The notes under the pieces were generated by a model. That model worked only from the letters and a program-made list of their open reading frames with translations, had not been told where the DNA came from and searched no databases. A DNA stretch of 64,000 bases from NCBI GenBank assembly GCA_964413425.1, contig CAYPST010000011.1:1646-65645 (forward strand), given 5' to 3'. Of the stretch, positions 19,310-28,297 are shown piece by piece. A program made the translations under genes and the position numbers. The stretch's first letter is position 1, and every line of letters starts with the position of its first letter. This DNA comes from an uncultured bacterium. Lineage in GTDB: Bacteria; Fidelibacterota; JAANXI01.

Positions 19310-19756
19310 TTAATAGTTCTCCTCCGAAGTCTGCAATTCCACATGAACCATCATATCCACGGTGATGGTTCCGCCGGAAATCACTTTCCCCTGTATGCCG
19401 ACGGGTTCATTTACCACACGGAGCACTGTTTCCAGATTGTCTACCCAGTCCGGAATGTGATACGGCCCCATCACTTCAATTTGTGCTTCATCTTCGAAAA
19501 ATATCACATCGCCCATTTGCAGAGTATCCAGGGCCACCCACTCCACGGTCAGATGCTCCCCAAAATCCCCTGGTTCATAAATTAGTCCGTTGTCCTGGCA
19601 CTCGGTATATACCTCATTTTCAACCACAGTGACCACACCACCTGCCGTATCAGCCTGCTGCATCCCTATCCCATACTGTAAATCTGCGTACTGCAGAGGA
19701 TGCGACTCCTCAAACGGATCCGCCATACCGCTGTGTATTGCTATTAGTTGTCCCAT
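19310..19756 (-). CDS. MOSC-domain-like protein lacking the conserved cysteines
   Basis: PGDFGEHLTVE..LQMGD..IEV..GIQGKVISGGTI matches the small MOSC-domain pattern. The start at ATG 19756 follows GGGGAGG. The usual C-x-x-x-C...C segment is replaced. Confidence 0.6.
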   Translation of the reverse strand: MGQLIAIHSGMADPFEESHPLQYADLQYGIGMQQADTAGGVVTVVENEVYTECQDNGLIYEPGDFGEHLTVEWVALDTLQMGDVIFFEDEAQIEVMGPYHIPDWVDNLETVLRVVNEPVGIQGKVISGGTITVDMMVHVELQTSEENY

Positions 19757-20156
19757 AACCTCCCCAAAACCTTGCTGGATCACGGAATTCCGATTTCGGC
19801 GTATTATAGTAAGAATCCTCACTGAAAACAAGGGTGATTTCGCCTGCCATGGTTCGACTTTCCCAGAAATAAGAATAGTTCGGCGCCATATTTTCGGCCA
19901 GCAACGGATTAGCCCCTGCTCCACTCATACTTTCTTATTTCACTAAATGCAATCGTATTCAAGTAAGCCCGGTCGTCCCTGAGGGGAGAGCATCCGCCCA
20001 CACCAGAAGAAGTGCTGGCACCCGGGGAACCAAATACCCTCCTGGCAATTGGAAGAAAACGACATGGTTACCTGTATTATTCAGCACAAACTTTTTATAT
20101 ATTCAGAAGTACGGAAACCTGAACAGTTGACTGTAAACACGTAACAACAGACGGTC

Positions 20157-21506
20157 ATGTCTCTCAACCTTTTTGATACCTCGGAAAATACAGAACGCCC
20201 GCTTCCTCCGCTTGCAGAACGAATGCGGCCGACCTCGCTTGAGGATTTTGTCGGTCAGGAGGATCTGGCGGGGAAAAATAAAATCCTCTACAATGCCCTC
20301 CGGAACAAACAGCTGTTTTCGTTAATCTTCTGGGGCCCGCCGGGGAGCGGGAAAACCACCCTGGCCAAGATCTGTGCCGAAGCCATGGATGCCAAATTTT
20401 TCCAGCTCAGCGCGGTCTCCTCTGGCGTCAAAGAAGTGCGGAAAATCATCCAACAGGCCGAGATACGCCGGAAACAGAGCGGAGAAACCATCCTGTTCAT
20501 CGACGAAATCCATCGGTTTAACAAAGCACAGCAGGATGCGCTGCTGCACGCTGTGGAAGACGGTGCCCTTATTCTCATCGGCGCGACCACTGAGAACCCC
20601 GGTTTCGAGGTGATATCTCCGCTTTTATCCCGCTGCCGTGTCTTGCGTTTGCATCCGCTGGAGACACCGCATTTACACAGCATTTTGCACCGGGCGCTGG
20701 CTGAGGATATCATCCTGAGCCAGCTTGACATCCGATTCGAAAATGCGGCGAAAGAACTGTTGGTCGAGAGTGCCGGGGGTGATGCACGCCGGATGTTGAA
20801 TGTACTGGAGATTGCTCTGCAGCAGCATCCGGAAGAGAGCCGAGCCGGGGACGCTCCGCTCATCCTCACAGACGCAGATATTCGTGATGCGCTGCAGCAC
20901 CGGACCCAATTGTATGATAAGAAGGGCGATTATCACTACGATACCATTTCTGCTTTCATCAAGAGCATCCGTGGCAGCGATCCGGACGCCGCGATTTATT
21001 GGCTCGCGGTAATGCTGGATGGGGGAGAGGACCCTAAATTTATTGCCCGGCGCCTGATTATCAGCGCGTCGGAAGATATCGGGAACGCGGATCCCTATGG
21101 CCTGACCCTCGCCACCTCCACCTTTACGGCCGTCGATTATGTTGGGATGCCGGAAGCCGCTATTATACTGGCACAAACCACCACGTATCTGGCCAGCACC
21201 ACCAAAAGCAATGCCGCGTATATGGCGATCCGGAAAGCGAGCTCGACTGTTCGATCAAGCAGCGCCCAGGATGTCCCCCTCCATCTTCGGAATGCTCCCA
21301 CCCAGCTGATGAAGTCAGAAGGGTATCAGAAAGGGTATAAATATCCCCATGATTTTCACAATCATTTCGTGGAACAAACCTATCTTCCGGAAGAACATCA
21401 GAATGCTTTATTTTACGACCCCAGTTCACAGGGACGGGAAAATTTCCTGCGAGAGCGCTTACGTCATCTCTGGAAGGACCGATACCAATTTAAAGACCAG
21501 GATTAG
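20157..21506 (+). CDS. rarA: Replication-associated recombination protein A (AAA+ ATPase)
   Basis: PLAERMRP, GPPGSGKTT, FIDEIHRFNKAQQDALL, SAFIKSIRGSDPDAA and ASEDIGNADP motifs. Confidence 0.95.
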   Translation: MSLNLFDTSENTERPLPPLAERMRPTSLEDFVGQEDLAGKNKILYNALRNKQLFSLIFWGPPGSGKTTLAKICAEAMDAKFFQLSAVSSGVKEVRKIIQQAEIRRKQSGETILFIDEIHRFNKAQQDALLHAVEDGALILIGATTENPGFEVISPLLSRCRVLRLHPLETPHLHSILHRALAEDIILSQLDIRFENAAKELLVESAGGDARRMLNVLEIALQQHPEESRAGDAPLILTDADIRDALQHRTQLYDKKGDYHYDTISAFIKSIRGSDPDAAIYWLAVMLDGGEDPKFIARRLIISASEDIGNADPYGLTLATSTFTAVDYVGMPEAAIILAQTTTYLASTTKSNAAYMAIRKASSTVRSSSAQDVPLHLRNAPTQLMKSEGYQKGYKYPHDFHNHFVEQTYLPEEHQNALFYDPSSQGRENFLRERLRHLWKDRYQFKDQD

Positions 21507-24500
21507 ATGAGCAGATTCTTCCTTCCGTTACTGTTATTCCTTCTCGCCTTCGGATACACGACCGGTATCCTTCCCGGCTATCTGTCCGCCCAGGAACGGA
21601 ACGCCCGCCCGGACCGGTTAATACTCGAGCGCGCGGATAAACTCAGCAAAAATACCGAACAGGGGAAGGTTTCTACCCATATTGTGGGAAATGTCAAATT
21701 CCGGCGGGGGGAATATGTCCTGTATTGTGACGAGGGAATCCATTACCAGCAGGATGGCCTCGCTGTCTTCTGGGGAAATGTCCGTATTTTTGGCAACGAG
21801 GATTCGCTGTTCGCAGATTCATTGACCATCTATGATAAAGACAATATCCTGGTGGCCCGGGGAAATGCGAGACTTCAGTCCGGTGCACAGAACCTGCATG
21901 CCAAGCGGATTCGCTATTTCACCGAGAGCGACATTGCCCAGGCCATGGGCAATGTCCGGATGGCTGAGGAAGGCGGCCGGATTGCGCACGCTGACTCGGT
22001 CTGGTATAACTCTGATACAAAACAGGCCGAAATCTACGGGACGGATCAACAACCGGCGTCCATTTTTGATCCGGAGCGTCAGATTACCATTACAGGTCCA
22101 CGGATTAAGCAAAACCTGAACACCCAACAGTTGGAAGCGCCGCTCCGGCCGGTATTAACCAAGCGAGATTCGTCTGATAAAGAACTCCTCCGTATTATCA
22201 GCAACACCATCTCCGGCAATCCCGACAGCGGGCAGTATATCGCCGCCGAAGACGTGGTCATTACCCGCGATTCCCTCCGGGCTGAGACACAACTGGCTAC
22301 CCTGTATGAAGACCAGGATCACGCTATCCTGGAACAATCTCCGGTCGTGTATTACAACGATAATACCATCCGCGGAGAGACCATCCATCTCTACTTTCGG
22401 GGGGATACTCTCAGGGAAGTCTATATTCCACGGCAAGCGGATGTACACTCCCGAATTCAAGGGTATGCCAGGGTCCCCCTCGCCCAGCGACCGGATACGT
22501 CGTCCTTTACCAGAGTGGTGCGAGATACCACGGCATCGGATACCAGCACCTATCTGCTTGATGAAATCACCCAGGAAAATATGCTCAGGGGAACCCAGCT
22601 CCGCATCTGGTTCGAGGAGAATCGTATTCGCACCATTCGGGTCACCGAGATGGCCACGAGCACCTATCATGTGTTCGAGGATTCGGTCTATCAGGGCATT
22701 AATGAAACCAGCGGTGATACCATTGACCTGCAATTTGCCCGGCAGGGAGATTCGCTGGAACAGATCACCGTCATCGGTGGCACCCGGGGGAACTTTCAGC
22801 CTCACAAGTATAACACCTCCGTGGATACCACCATTTTTTATGAAGCCAACAAAATTACATTTTTGGTTCCGGAACGTGTTACGCATCTGCAGTATGAAGC
22901 TGACGCCAAATATAAGGATATGGAGTTAGAAGCAGCCTTTATTGATGTCTTCTGGAACGAGAACCTCCTGGTGGCCACACCGCTCCCTGATTCTGTGAAA
23001 GGAACCGCGTACACGCGTAATATCCCCACATTCCATCAGCGGGGTAAAGAACCGATGATCGGCCAGAAACTGGAATATAACATGAAAACCCGGCGTGGCA
23101 GGGTCCTGCACGGAGAAACTAAAGATCGGGACGGGTTTTATGCAGGAGATAAAATCCTGCAGCGGGGGGAGAATACCCTCTACGTGGAGACCGGAAGATA
23201 CACCACCTGCGATTTGGACGATCCCCACTTCTATTTCAGGAGCAGACGGATGAAATTAATGGTAGGCGATCTGGTGGTTGCGCGTCCCATCGTGATGTAT
23301 ATCCATAACGTGCCGGTATTTGCCCTGCCATTCGGTGTTTTTCCCCAGCAGAAGACCGGCAGATCGTCCGGCTATATTCTCCCCACCTGGGGGGAAAGCA
23401 GTGTGTCCGGCCGCTATCTCAGGGGGCTGGGGTACTACTGGGCGCCCGGCGATTACTGGGATTATCGGGTGCAATTCGATTTCTGGGAACAGCGGGGCAT
23501 TTCCGTCCGCAATCGGATACGATACAACAAACGATATCTGTACAACGGCAACGTCTCAATCAATTATGATAACGAGATTCTCCGGGACAATCCGAAGCAG
23601 AATTATCAAATAAACATTTCTCATAATCAGACAATTGATCCCACCATGGATCTCCGGATCAACGGACGGTTTGTGAGCAGCAGCCAATTTTTACGGGAAA
23701 CGTCGATCGAACGGCGGGATCGCCTCCAGCAGCAAATTGTTTCGAATGCCACATTATCGAAGCGGTGGGAGGACACGAAAAATTCCATGTCCGTCAACCT
23801 TCAGCGCACCGAAAATCTCCAATCAGGAAATGTGAGCCAGCTGATACCACAGGTATCGTTTCGGCGCGGAACAGATAAATTGTTGAAACCGCCGGAAGGA
23901 GCTTCTTTCTCTGAGCAAAACAGATGGTACTACAATATCAATTACTCGTTCGGATCCAATCTCAAAAACCAGCATACCCATAAACTGATCACAGATAGCA
24001 TCTACACGAACCCATACGGCGTTCGCACGGATCTGGGACGTGACTCGGTCTTTGTGGACGAATTCCAGCGTGGGATCAGCCACAGCCTGAGTTTTAACAG
24101 TCCGAACAAAATTTTGAGATATCTGAACATTTCCCCCAATCTCTCCTTCAGTGAAGATTGGGTTCCGGCTTATCGTGAACCTATTGTTGAAAATGGCACG
24201 GTCCAGGTGGATTCGACCACCGGCCGACCTCTATTCCGGGTGATTAATCAATATCGCGCTCGGCATACCTTCCGTTTCTCCATAGGAACTACCACAAAGT
24301 TATATGGGCTTTTCAATCTTCCCTTCGCGAAACTCCCCGCAATACGGCATGTGCTCACACCCTCTGTGAGCTATAACATCGGACCGGATTTCTCGAAAGA
24401 GTGGTATGGATATTATCACTACGGCCGAATGCCCGACGGATCCATTGAGAAATTTGACCGATTCCAGGGAACCGCCGCAGGTCCTACCGGCTCCCGGGAA

Positions 24501-25295
24501 ACCCAGAGTGTTTCCCTCAGTCTTCGCAACGTCTTCCAGGCGAAATATCTCACTGGATCCGGCGAGGAACAGAAAGAGAATAAAATTGACTTTCTGACCT
24601 GGAACATCAATACCGGCTATAATATTGTTGCCACAGAACGTCCCTGGCGAGACATCAGCAGCCGCATACGTGCCTCCCTGGGACGTATGCTTTCCCTGGA
24701 TATCTCCATGCGCCATGTTCCCTATAAATGGCAGAGTAACGAATTAACCGTTCCCCGGCTGACCAATCTCTCTTTTTCCACCGGCTTCTCGCTCTCCGGG
24801 AATGCCTTTGTTACCGAGTCCCGGCAGCGCCCACCGGATATCGGTGCACAGGAAGTGGATACCACCACAGCAGATACCGTATTCGGTGACGCCTTCGACG
24901 AAGAGGAATCGCTTTTTCCATCGGAACGGCCGCTGCCGTCACGGGCCGGACAACAGTTATGGAACCTGCGCATGAATTTCCGGTATTCTCTGAGCCGTCA
25001 AAATCCGACTCTTCCGGCAGAGCCTACCTTCTGGATGAACACATCGGCGGATTTTAAAATTTCGGAAAACTGGTCGGTGTCCATGACCAATAGATTCGAC
25101 CTGGCCAAGCGCGAAGTGGTGAGCACAGACTTCACTATCCGGCGCGATCTGCACTGTTGGGAATTATCATTCCGGTGGACTCCCTCCGGCCCCGGGCAGG
25201 GTTATTACCTCAAAATTAATGTGAAATCTCCCACTCTCCAGGATATTAAAGTGGAATCCCGGGGTGGCCGGAGAAATCAGTTCGGGTATTACTAA
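21507..25295 (+). CDS. lptD: LPS assembly protein LptD with a long N-terminal OstA/LptA-like beta-jellyroll region (fusion)
   Basis: N-terminal GNVKFRRGEYVLYCD and GNVRI repeats, central YTTCDLDDPHFYF and PVFALPF, and C-terminal RRDLHCWELSFRW..YYLKINVKSPTLQD motifs. Confidence 0.85.
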   Translation: MSRFFLPLLLFLLAFGYTTGILPGYLSAQERNARPDRLILERADKLSKNTEQGKVSTHIVGNVKFRRGEYVLYCDEGIHYQQDGLAVFWGNVRIFGNEDSLFADSLTIYDKDNILVARGNARLQSGAQNLHAKRIRYFTESDIAQAMGNVRMAEEGGRIAHADSVWYNSDTKQAEIYGTDQQPASIFDPERQITITGPRIKQNLNTQQLEAPLRPVLTKRDSSDKELLRIISNTISGNPDSGQYIAAEDVVITRDSLRAETQLATLYEDQDHAILEQSPVVYYNDNTIRGETIHLYFRGDTLREVYIPRQADVHSRIQGYARVPLAQRPDTSSFTRVVRDTTASDTSTYLLDEITQENMLRGTQLRIWFEENRIRTIRVTEMATSTYHVFEDSVYQGINETSGDTIDLQFARQGDSLEQITVIGGTRGNFQPHKYNTSVDTTIFYEANKITFLVPERVTHLQYEADAKYKDMELEAAFIDVFWNENLLVATPLPDSVKGTAYTRNIPTFHQRGKEPMIGQKLEYNMKTRRGRVLHGETKDRDGFYAGDKILQRGENTLYVETGRYTTCDLDDPHFYFRSRRMKLMVGDLVVARPIVMYIHNVPVFALPFGVFPQQKTGRSSGYILPTWGESSVSGRYLRGLGYYWAPGDYWDYRVQFDFWEQRGISVRNRIRYNKRYLYNGNVSINYDNEILRDNPKQNYQINISHNQTIDPTMDLRINGRFVSSSQFLRETSIERRDRLQQQIVSNATLSKRWEDTKNSMSVNLQRTENLQSGNVSQLIPQVSFRRGTDKLLKPPEGASFSEQNRWYYNINYSFGSNLKNQHTHKLITDSIYTNPYGVRTDLGRDSVFVDEFQRGISHSLSFNSPNKILRYLNISPNLSFSEDWVPAYREPIVENGTVQVDSTTGRPLFRVINQYRARHTFRFSIGTTTKLYGLFNLPFAKLPAIRHVLTPSVSYNIGPDFSKEWYGYYHYGRMPDGSIEKFDRFQGTAAGPTGSRETQSVSLSLRNVFQAKYLTGSGEEQKENKIDFLTWNINTGYNIVATERPWRDISSRIRASLGRMLSLDISMRHVPYKWQSNELTVPRLTNLSFSTGFSLSGNAFVTESRQRPPDIGAQEVDTTTADTVFGDAFDEEESLFPSERPLPSRAGQQLWNLRMNFRYSLSRQNPTLPAEPTFWMNTSADFKISENWSVSMTNRFDLAKREVVSTDFTIRRDLHCWELSFRWTPSGPGQGYYLKINVKSPTLQDIKVESRGGRRNQFGYY

Positions 25296-25296
25296 T

Positions 25297-25366
25297 TGTC
25301 CCTGATCTGTTCAGATTGTCCCTGATTTGCAAGCATGTCCCTGATATGCTTAACATTGTCCCTGAT
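25297..25366 (+). repeat. Four direct repeats of TGTCCCTGAT
   Basis: Exact 10-mer at 25297, 25317, 25336 and 25357 (spacings 20, 19, 21). Confidence 0.9.
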
Positions 25367-25422
25367 CTGTCATGGGCACCGATGTATCTTTTAATGTCCT
25401 CGTATAACATTTTTTAATTTAT

Positions 25423-25500
25423 GAGAGTGTATAGAAGACAGGGGCCCGACACAACTGCTGAACCTGACTGATGTTTATTATCCGTATAACATACCCGCAG
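25423..25500 (-). mobile_element. Degenerate MITE family 1 end (remnant, inverted orientation)
   Basis: GAGAGTGTATAGAAGA...CAACTGCTGAACCTGACTGATGTTTATT aligns with the reverse complement of the right end of the 36985-37174 copy (GAGAGTGTTTAGAAAA...CAAGATGCTGACCCTGACTTATGTTTATT). The right boundary is approximate. Confidence 0.6.
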
Positions 25501-25528
25501 GAAAATCGGGAAGGAGAAATTTATTCAT

Positions 25529-25877
25529 GAGTCTATTTAGCAACATGACTATTAAGTCAACTCAGGAAAACCGTTAAAACGGTTCAATGGAGGGGCTGTT
25601 TTCAGAACCCCCGGGATAAATCCCGGGGTGAAGAAGAAAAATATCTGATCTTGCACCGTACCGGGAATTGTACTGAGCAGATTTAAGAGTCATATTTAGA
25701 AAACGCCTCGCCCCGAAGGGATGCCTTTGGCAAAGAGATCCCGTGACGACGGGACAAAGAACACATGAACAATTGTCTCCCAAATCCCGAAAAATATTTG
25801 TGAACTATGTTCTGTATATAATCCTTGTAAGCCGGGCGCACCATTCTGTAGATACCTGCTGTTTTCTAAACACTCTC
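25529..25877 (+). mobile_element. MITE family 1 composite copy with nested family 2 element
   Basis: Starts GAGTCTATTTAG and ends TTTTCTAAACACTCTC. It is flanked by ATTCAT at 25523-25528 and 25878-25883. The core GAGATCCCGTGACGACGGGACAAA is present. Confidence 0.85.
25542..25696. mobile_element. MITE family 2 copy inserted in the left terminus of a family 1 element
   Basis: AACATGACTATTAAGTCAACTCAG ... CTGAGCAGATTTAAGAGTCATATT inverted termini, with (T)TAG repeated on both sides. Confidence 0.7.
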
Positions 25878-25983
25878 ATTCATGAGACTGGTTAACCGGC
25901 TTAGGGGAGTTCCTGCTATCAAACTGCATCACGCTATCAGAAACAATGATGTTAGTAATCCCGGCATCGTGAGAGAATATCAG

Positions 25984-26454
25984 CTAGGCATTCTCTGCTT
26001 TTCCTTCCTCATTAGTGAGGATAGCATATACTCTCTCCGGAGAATCTGAGTGAAGCAATTGCTCTCTAATTTCCTGCTGCTCCAGCAGCCTGACAATCTC
26101 GGCCATAAAATAAATATGGGGCGTGCCACCCTGTTTCGGGCTCACCATCAACGGGATAAAAATGGCGGGCTTCTTATCCCTGGAATCAAATTGTAATCCG
26201 TCCTTCACTATCCCAAAGGCCATGACCACCTGCTCTACGCCCTCTGATCTGGCATGGGGATAGGCTATCCCGTCTTCCAGCCCGGTGGAAAGACTTGCCT
26301 CACGCGCCTTGACATCCTGTAACACCTGGTCCCGGTTCGTGAGCAGATTTGCGCGATCCAGTACTGCTACCAGATCAGTGATAGCTTCATTCTTTGTTGC
26401 AGGATTCCACTTGACCAGAATTGTGTCTACTTTCAAAACATCGCGTAATTCCAT
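25984..26454 (-). CDS. PTS EIIA-domain protein (PtsN/fructose-type)
   Basis: REASLSTGLEDGIAYPHARS with the phosphorylatable His, and GLQFDSRDKKP. Confidence 0.85.
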   Translation of the reverse strand: MELRDVLKVDTILVKWNPATKNEAITDLVAVLDRANLLTNRDQVLQDVKAREASLSTGLEDGIAYPHARSEGVEQVVMAFGIVKDGLQFDSRDKKPAIFIPLMVSPKQGGTPHIYFMAEIVRLLEQQEIREQLLHSDSPERVYAILTNEEGKAENA

Positions 26455-26608
26455 GATTTTTAATATACATATACCCTATTTCGGATGCAACGGAAGAAAA
26501 CAATAAACCTTTGTTCTTTCTGACACATTTCATAATTTTGGTCAATCCGGTCTGCCCGGAGGAATACTTGGCATTCAAAGGAGAAAATGAGCAAAAAGGA
26601 GCCAATAA

Positions 26609-26965
26609 ATGAAATATTGCCACAGTTGCCGCTATGAATTTCAGGATACAGTAGATGTCTGTCCCGACTGCGGGGTTGCCCTCCGGGACGATCCCCCGGC
26701 GCCAGAAAAATATCAGGAAGTGGAGTGGGTGGAATTACGTCAGCTTTCCAGCCCTATTTACATGGAAATGGTGAAGGAAATTCTTGATAAAGAGGGGATA
26801 CCAAATTATCTCTCTTTTAATTTTTTAAGCAGTACTTTCTCCATCAGAGGTGCCAGTCTGGTAGGGGAAAGTGGCAAACTTTTCGTTCCGGAAGAGTTTC
26901 GTGAAGAAGCATTAGAAATCATTCAGCCCATCATTAATCAAGGAGAAACAGGCCAGGAAGAATAA
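26609..26965 (+). CDS. Zinc-ribbon plus DUF2007-like (putative signal-transducing) protein
   Basis: CxxC..CxxC N-terminus (CHSC...CPDC) and MVKEILDKEGIP..KLFVPEE pattern. The stop codon overlaps the hisS start. Confidence 0.7.
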   Translation: MKYCHSCRYEFQDTVDVCPDCGVALRDDPPAPEKYQEVEWVELRQLSSPIYMEMVKEILDKEGIPNYLSFNFLSSTFSIRGASLVGESGKLFVPEEFREEALEIIQPIINQGETGQEE

Positions 26966-28272
26966 TGGAACCGATCCGCAGCGTTAAAGGCACCAGCGAC
27001 ATTCTGCCCGGTGAGTCGCCAAAGTGGCGCTATATGGAGTCAATCATCCATCATATCGCTGAGGTTTACAACTACCGGGAAATTCGCACTCCCGTATTTG
27101 AAGAAACCTCCGTCTTTGCCAGGGGAGTGGGAGAATATACTGATATAGTCACAAAAGAAATGTATACTTTCCAGGATCAAGGGGGCACAAGTTTGACTCT
27201 GTCACCCGAATTGACTGCCTCCGTCGCCCGCTCCTTCATCCAGCATCATTTTGACCAAACCTATCCGCTCAATAAACTGTACTACATCACCCCACTCTTC
27301 CGGCAGGAACGTCCCCAGGCCGGACGCCAGCGTCAGTTTCACCAGTATGGAATTGAACTGATCGGGTCAGAACATCCGGAAGCAGATGTGGAATCCATCG
27401 CCTTCGCCCTGCATGTCTACAACCAGCTTGGCCTAAGCGTCGGGGAAGACACAGAAGAGTCGTATCTCACGTTACGAATGAACAGTATCGGTGATTCTGC
27501 CTGCCGGCCACAATATCTCGAGAAGCTTCGCAGCACACTCCGGCCTCACCGGAAGGACCTCTGTAAACGGTGCCAGGAGAGATTTCACCAGAATACTCTG
27601 CGTCTGTTCGATTGTAAGAATGAATCCTGTCAACAGATTGTATCGCAGTACGCACCGAAAATTACCGAGCACCTCTGTCCGGCATGCGAGCAACACTTTC
27701 AGTCGGTTCTCTCCCAACTGGATGTGTTGCATATTCCCTATCACATCGATTCAACGTTGGTCCGGGGACTGGATTATTATACCCGGACCACCTACGAAAT
27801 CACCTCCGATCTTCTTGGAGCCCAGGATGCATTATGTGGGGGAGGGCGCTACGATCTTCTGGTCGAACAATTGGGGGGATCGCCTACCCCTGCCGTCGGA
27901 TTCGCCGCTGGCATCGAGCGCTTAATGATTGCTCTTGACGCGTTAGATCTCTTCCCGGATTTTACTGATACTCTGGACCTTTTTATCGTCGTGGTGGGCG
28001 ATGCCATCAGACCGCGTGCCTACCAGATGCTCCAGAACCTGCGGAGGCATCACATTATTTGTGACATGGATTTTCTACGGCGCAGCGTCAAGGCGCAATT
28101 CCGGGAAGCCGATCGGCAGAACGCCCACTATACAATTGTGCTCGGCGAGAATGAAATCGAAGCCCGGGAGGCGACAGTCAAACATATGGCCAGCGGCGAG
28201 GAGACTCCCGTCCCATTTGACCGGGTGGTCGACTTTATCACGAACGGGATACAAGAGAACCAATTTCAATAA
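26965..28272 (+). CDS. hisS: Histidine--tRNA ligase
   Basis: VKGTSD, KEMYTF, FRQERPQAGRQRQFHQ, LVRGLDYYT and GGGRYD motifs. Confidence 0.97.
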   Translation: MEPIRSVKGTSDILPGESPKWRYMESIIHHIAEVYNYREIRTPVFEETSVFARGVGEYTDIVTKEMYTFQDQGGTSLTLSPELTASVARSFIQHHFDQTYPLNKLYYITPLFRQERPQAGRQRQFHQYGIELIGSEHPEADVESIAFALHVYNQLGLSVGEDTEESYLTLRMNSIGDSACRPQYLEKLRSTLRPHRKDLCKRCQERFHQNTLRLFDCKNESCQQIVSQYAPKITEHLCPACEQHFQSVLSQLDVLHIPYHIDSTLVRGLDYYTRTTYEITSDLLGAQDALCGGGRYDLLVEQLGGSPTPAVGFAAGIERLMIALDALDLFPDFTDTLDLFIVVVGDAIRPRAYQMLQNLRRHHIICDMDFLRRSVKAQFREADRQNAHYTIVLGENEIEAREATVKHMASGEETPVPFDRVVDFITNGIQENQFQ

Positions 28273-28297
28273 TGTTGTCGCTGCTCTCTACCTCGTT

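Noticed and set aside
19710-19928. 72-aa minus-strand ORF upstream of the MOSC-like gene
   Set aside because: It overlaps the MOSC-like start in another frame and has no recognisable motif. It cannot be supported, though it is not excluded.
25297-25366. Possible mini CRISPR array
   Set aside because: The repeats are 10 bp and the spacers 9-11 bp, far below CRISPR dimensions, and no cas gene is in the window.
28001-28297. N-terminal extension of the TrmH ORF
   Set aside because: It overlaps hisS by about 270 nt. Family similarity begins at the ATG 28298.
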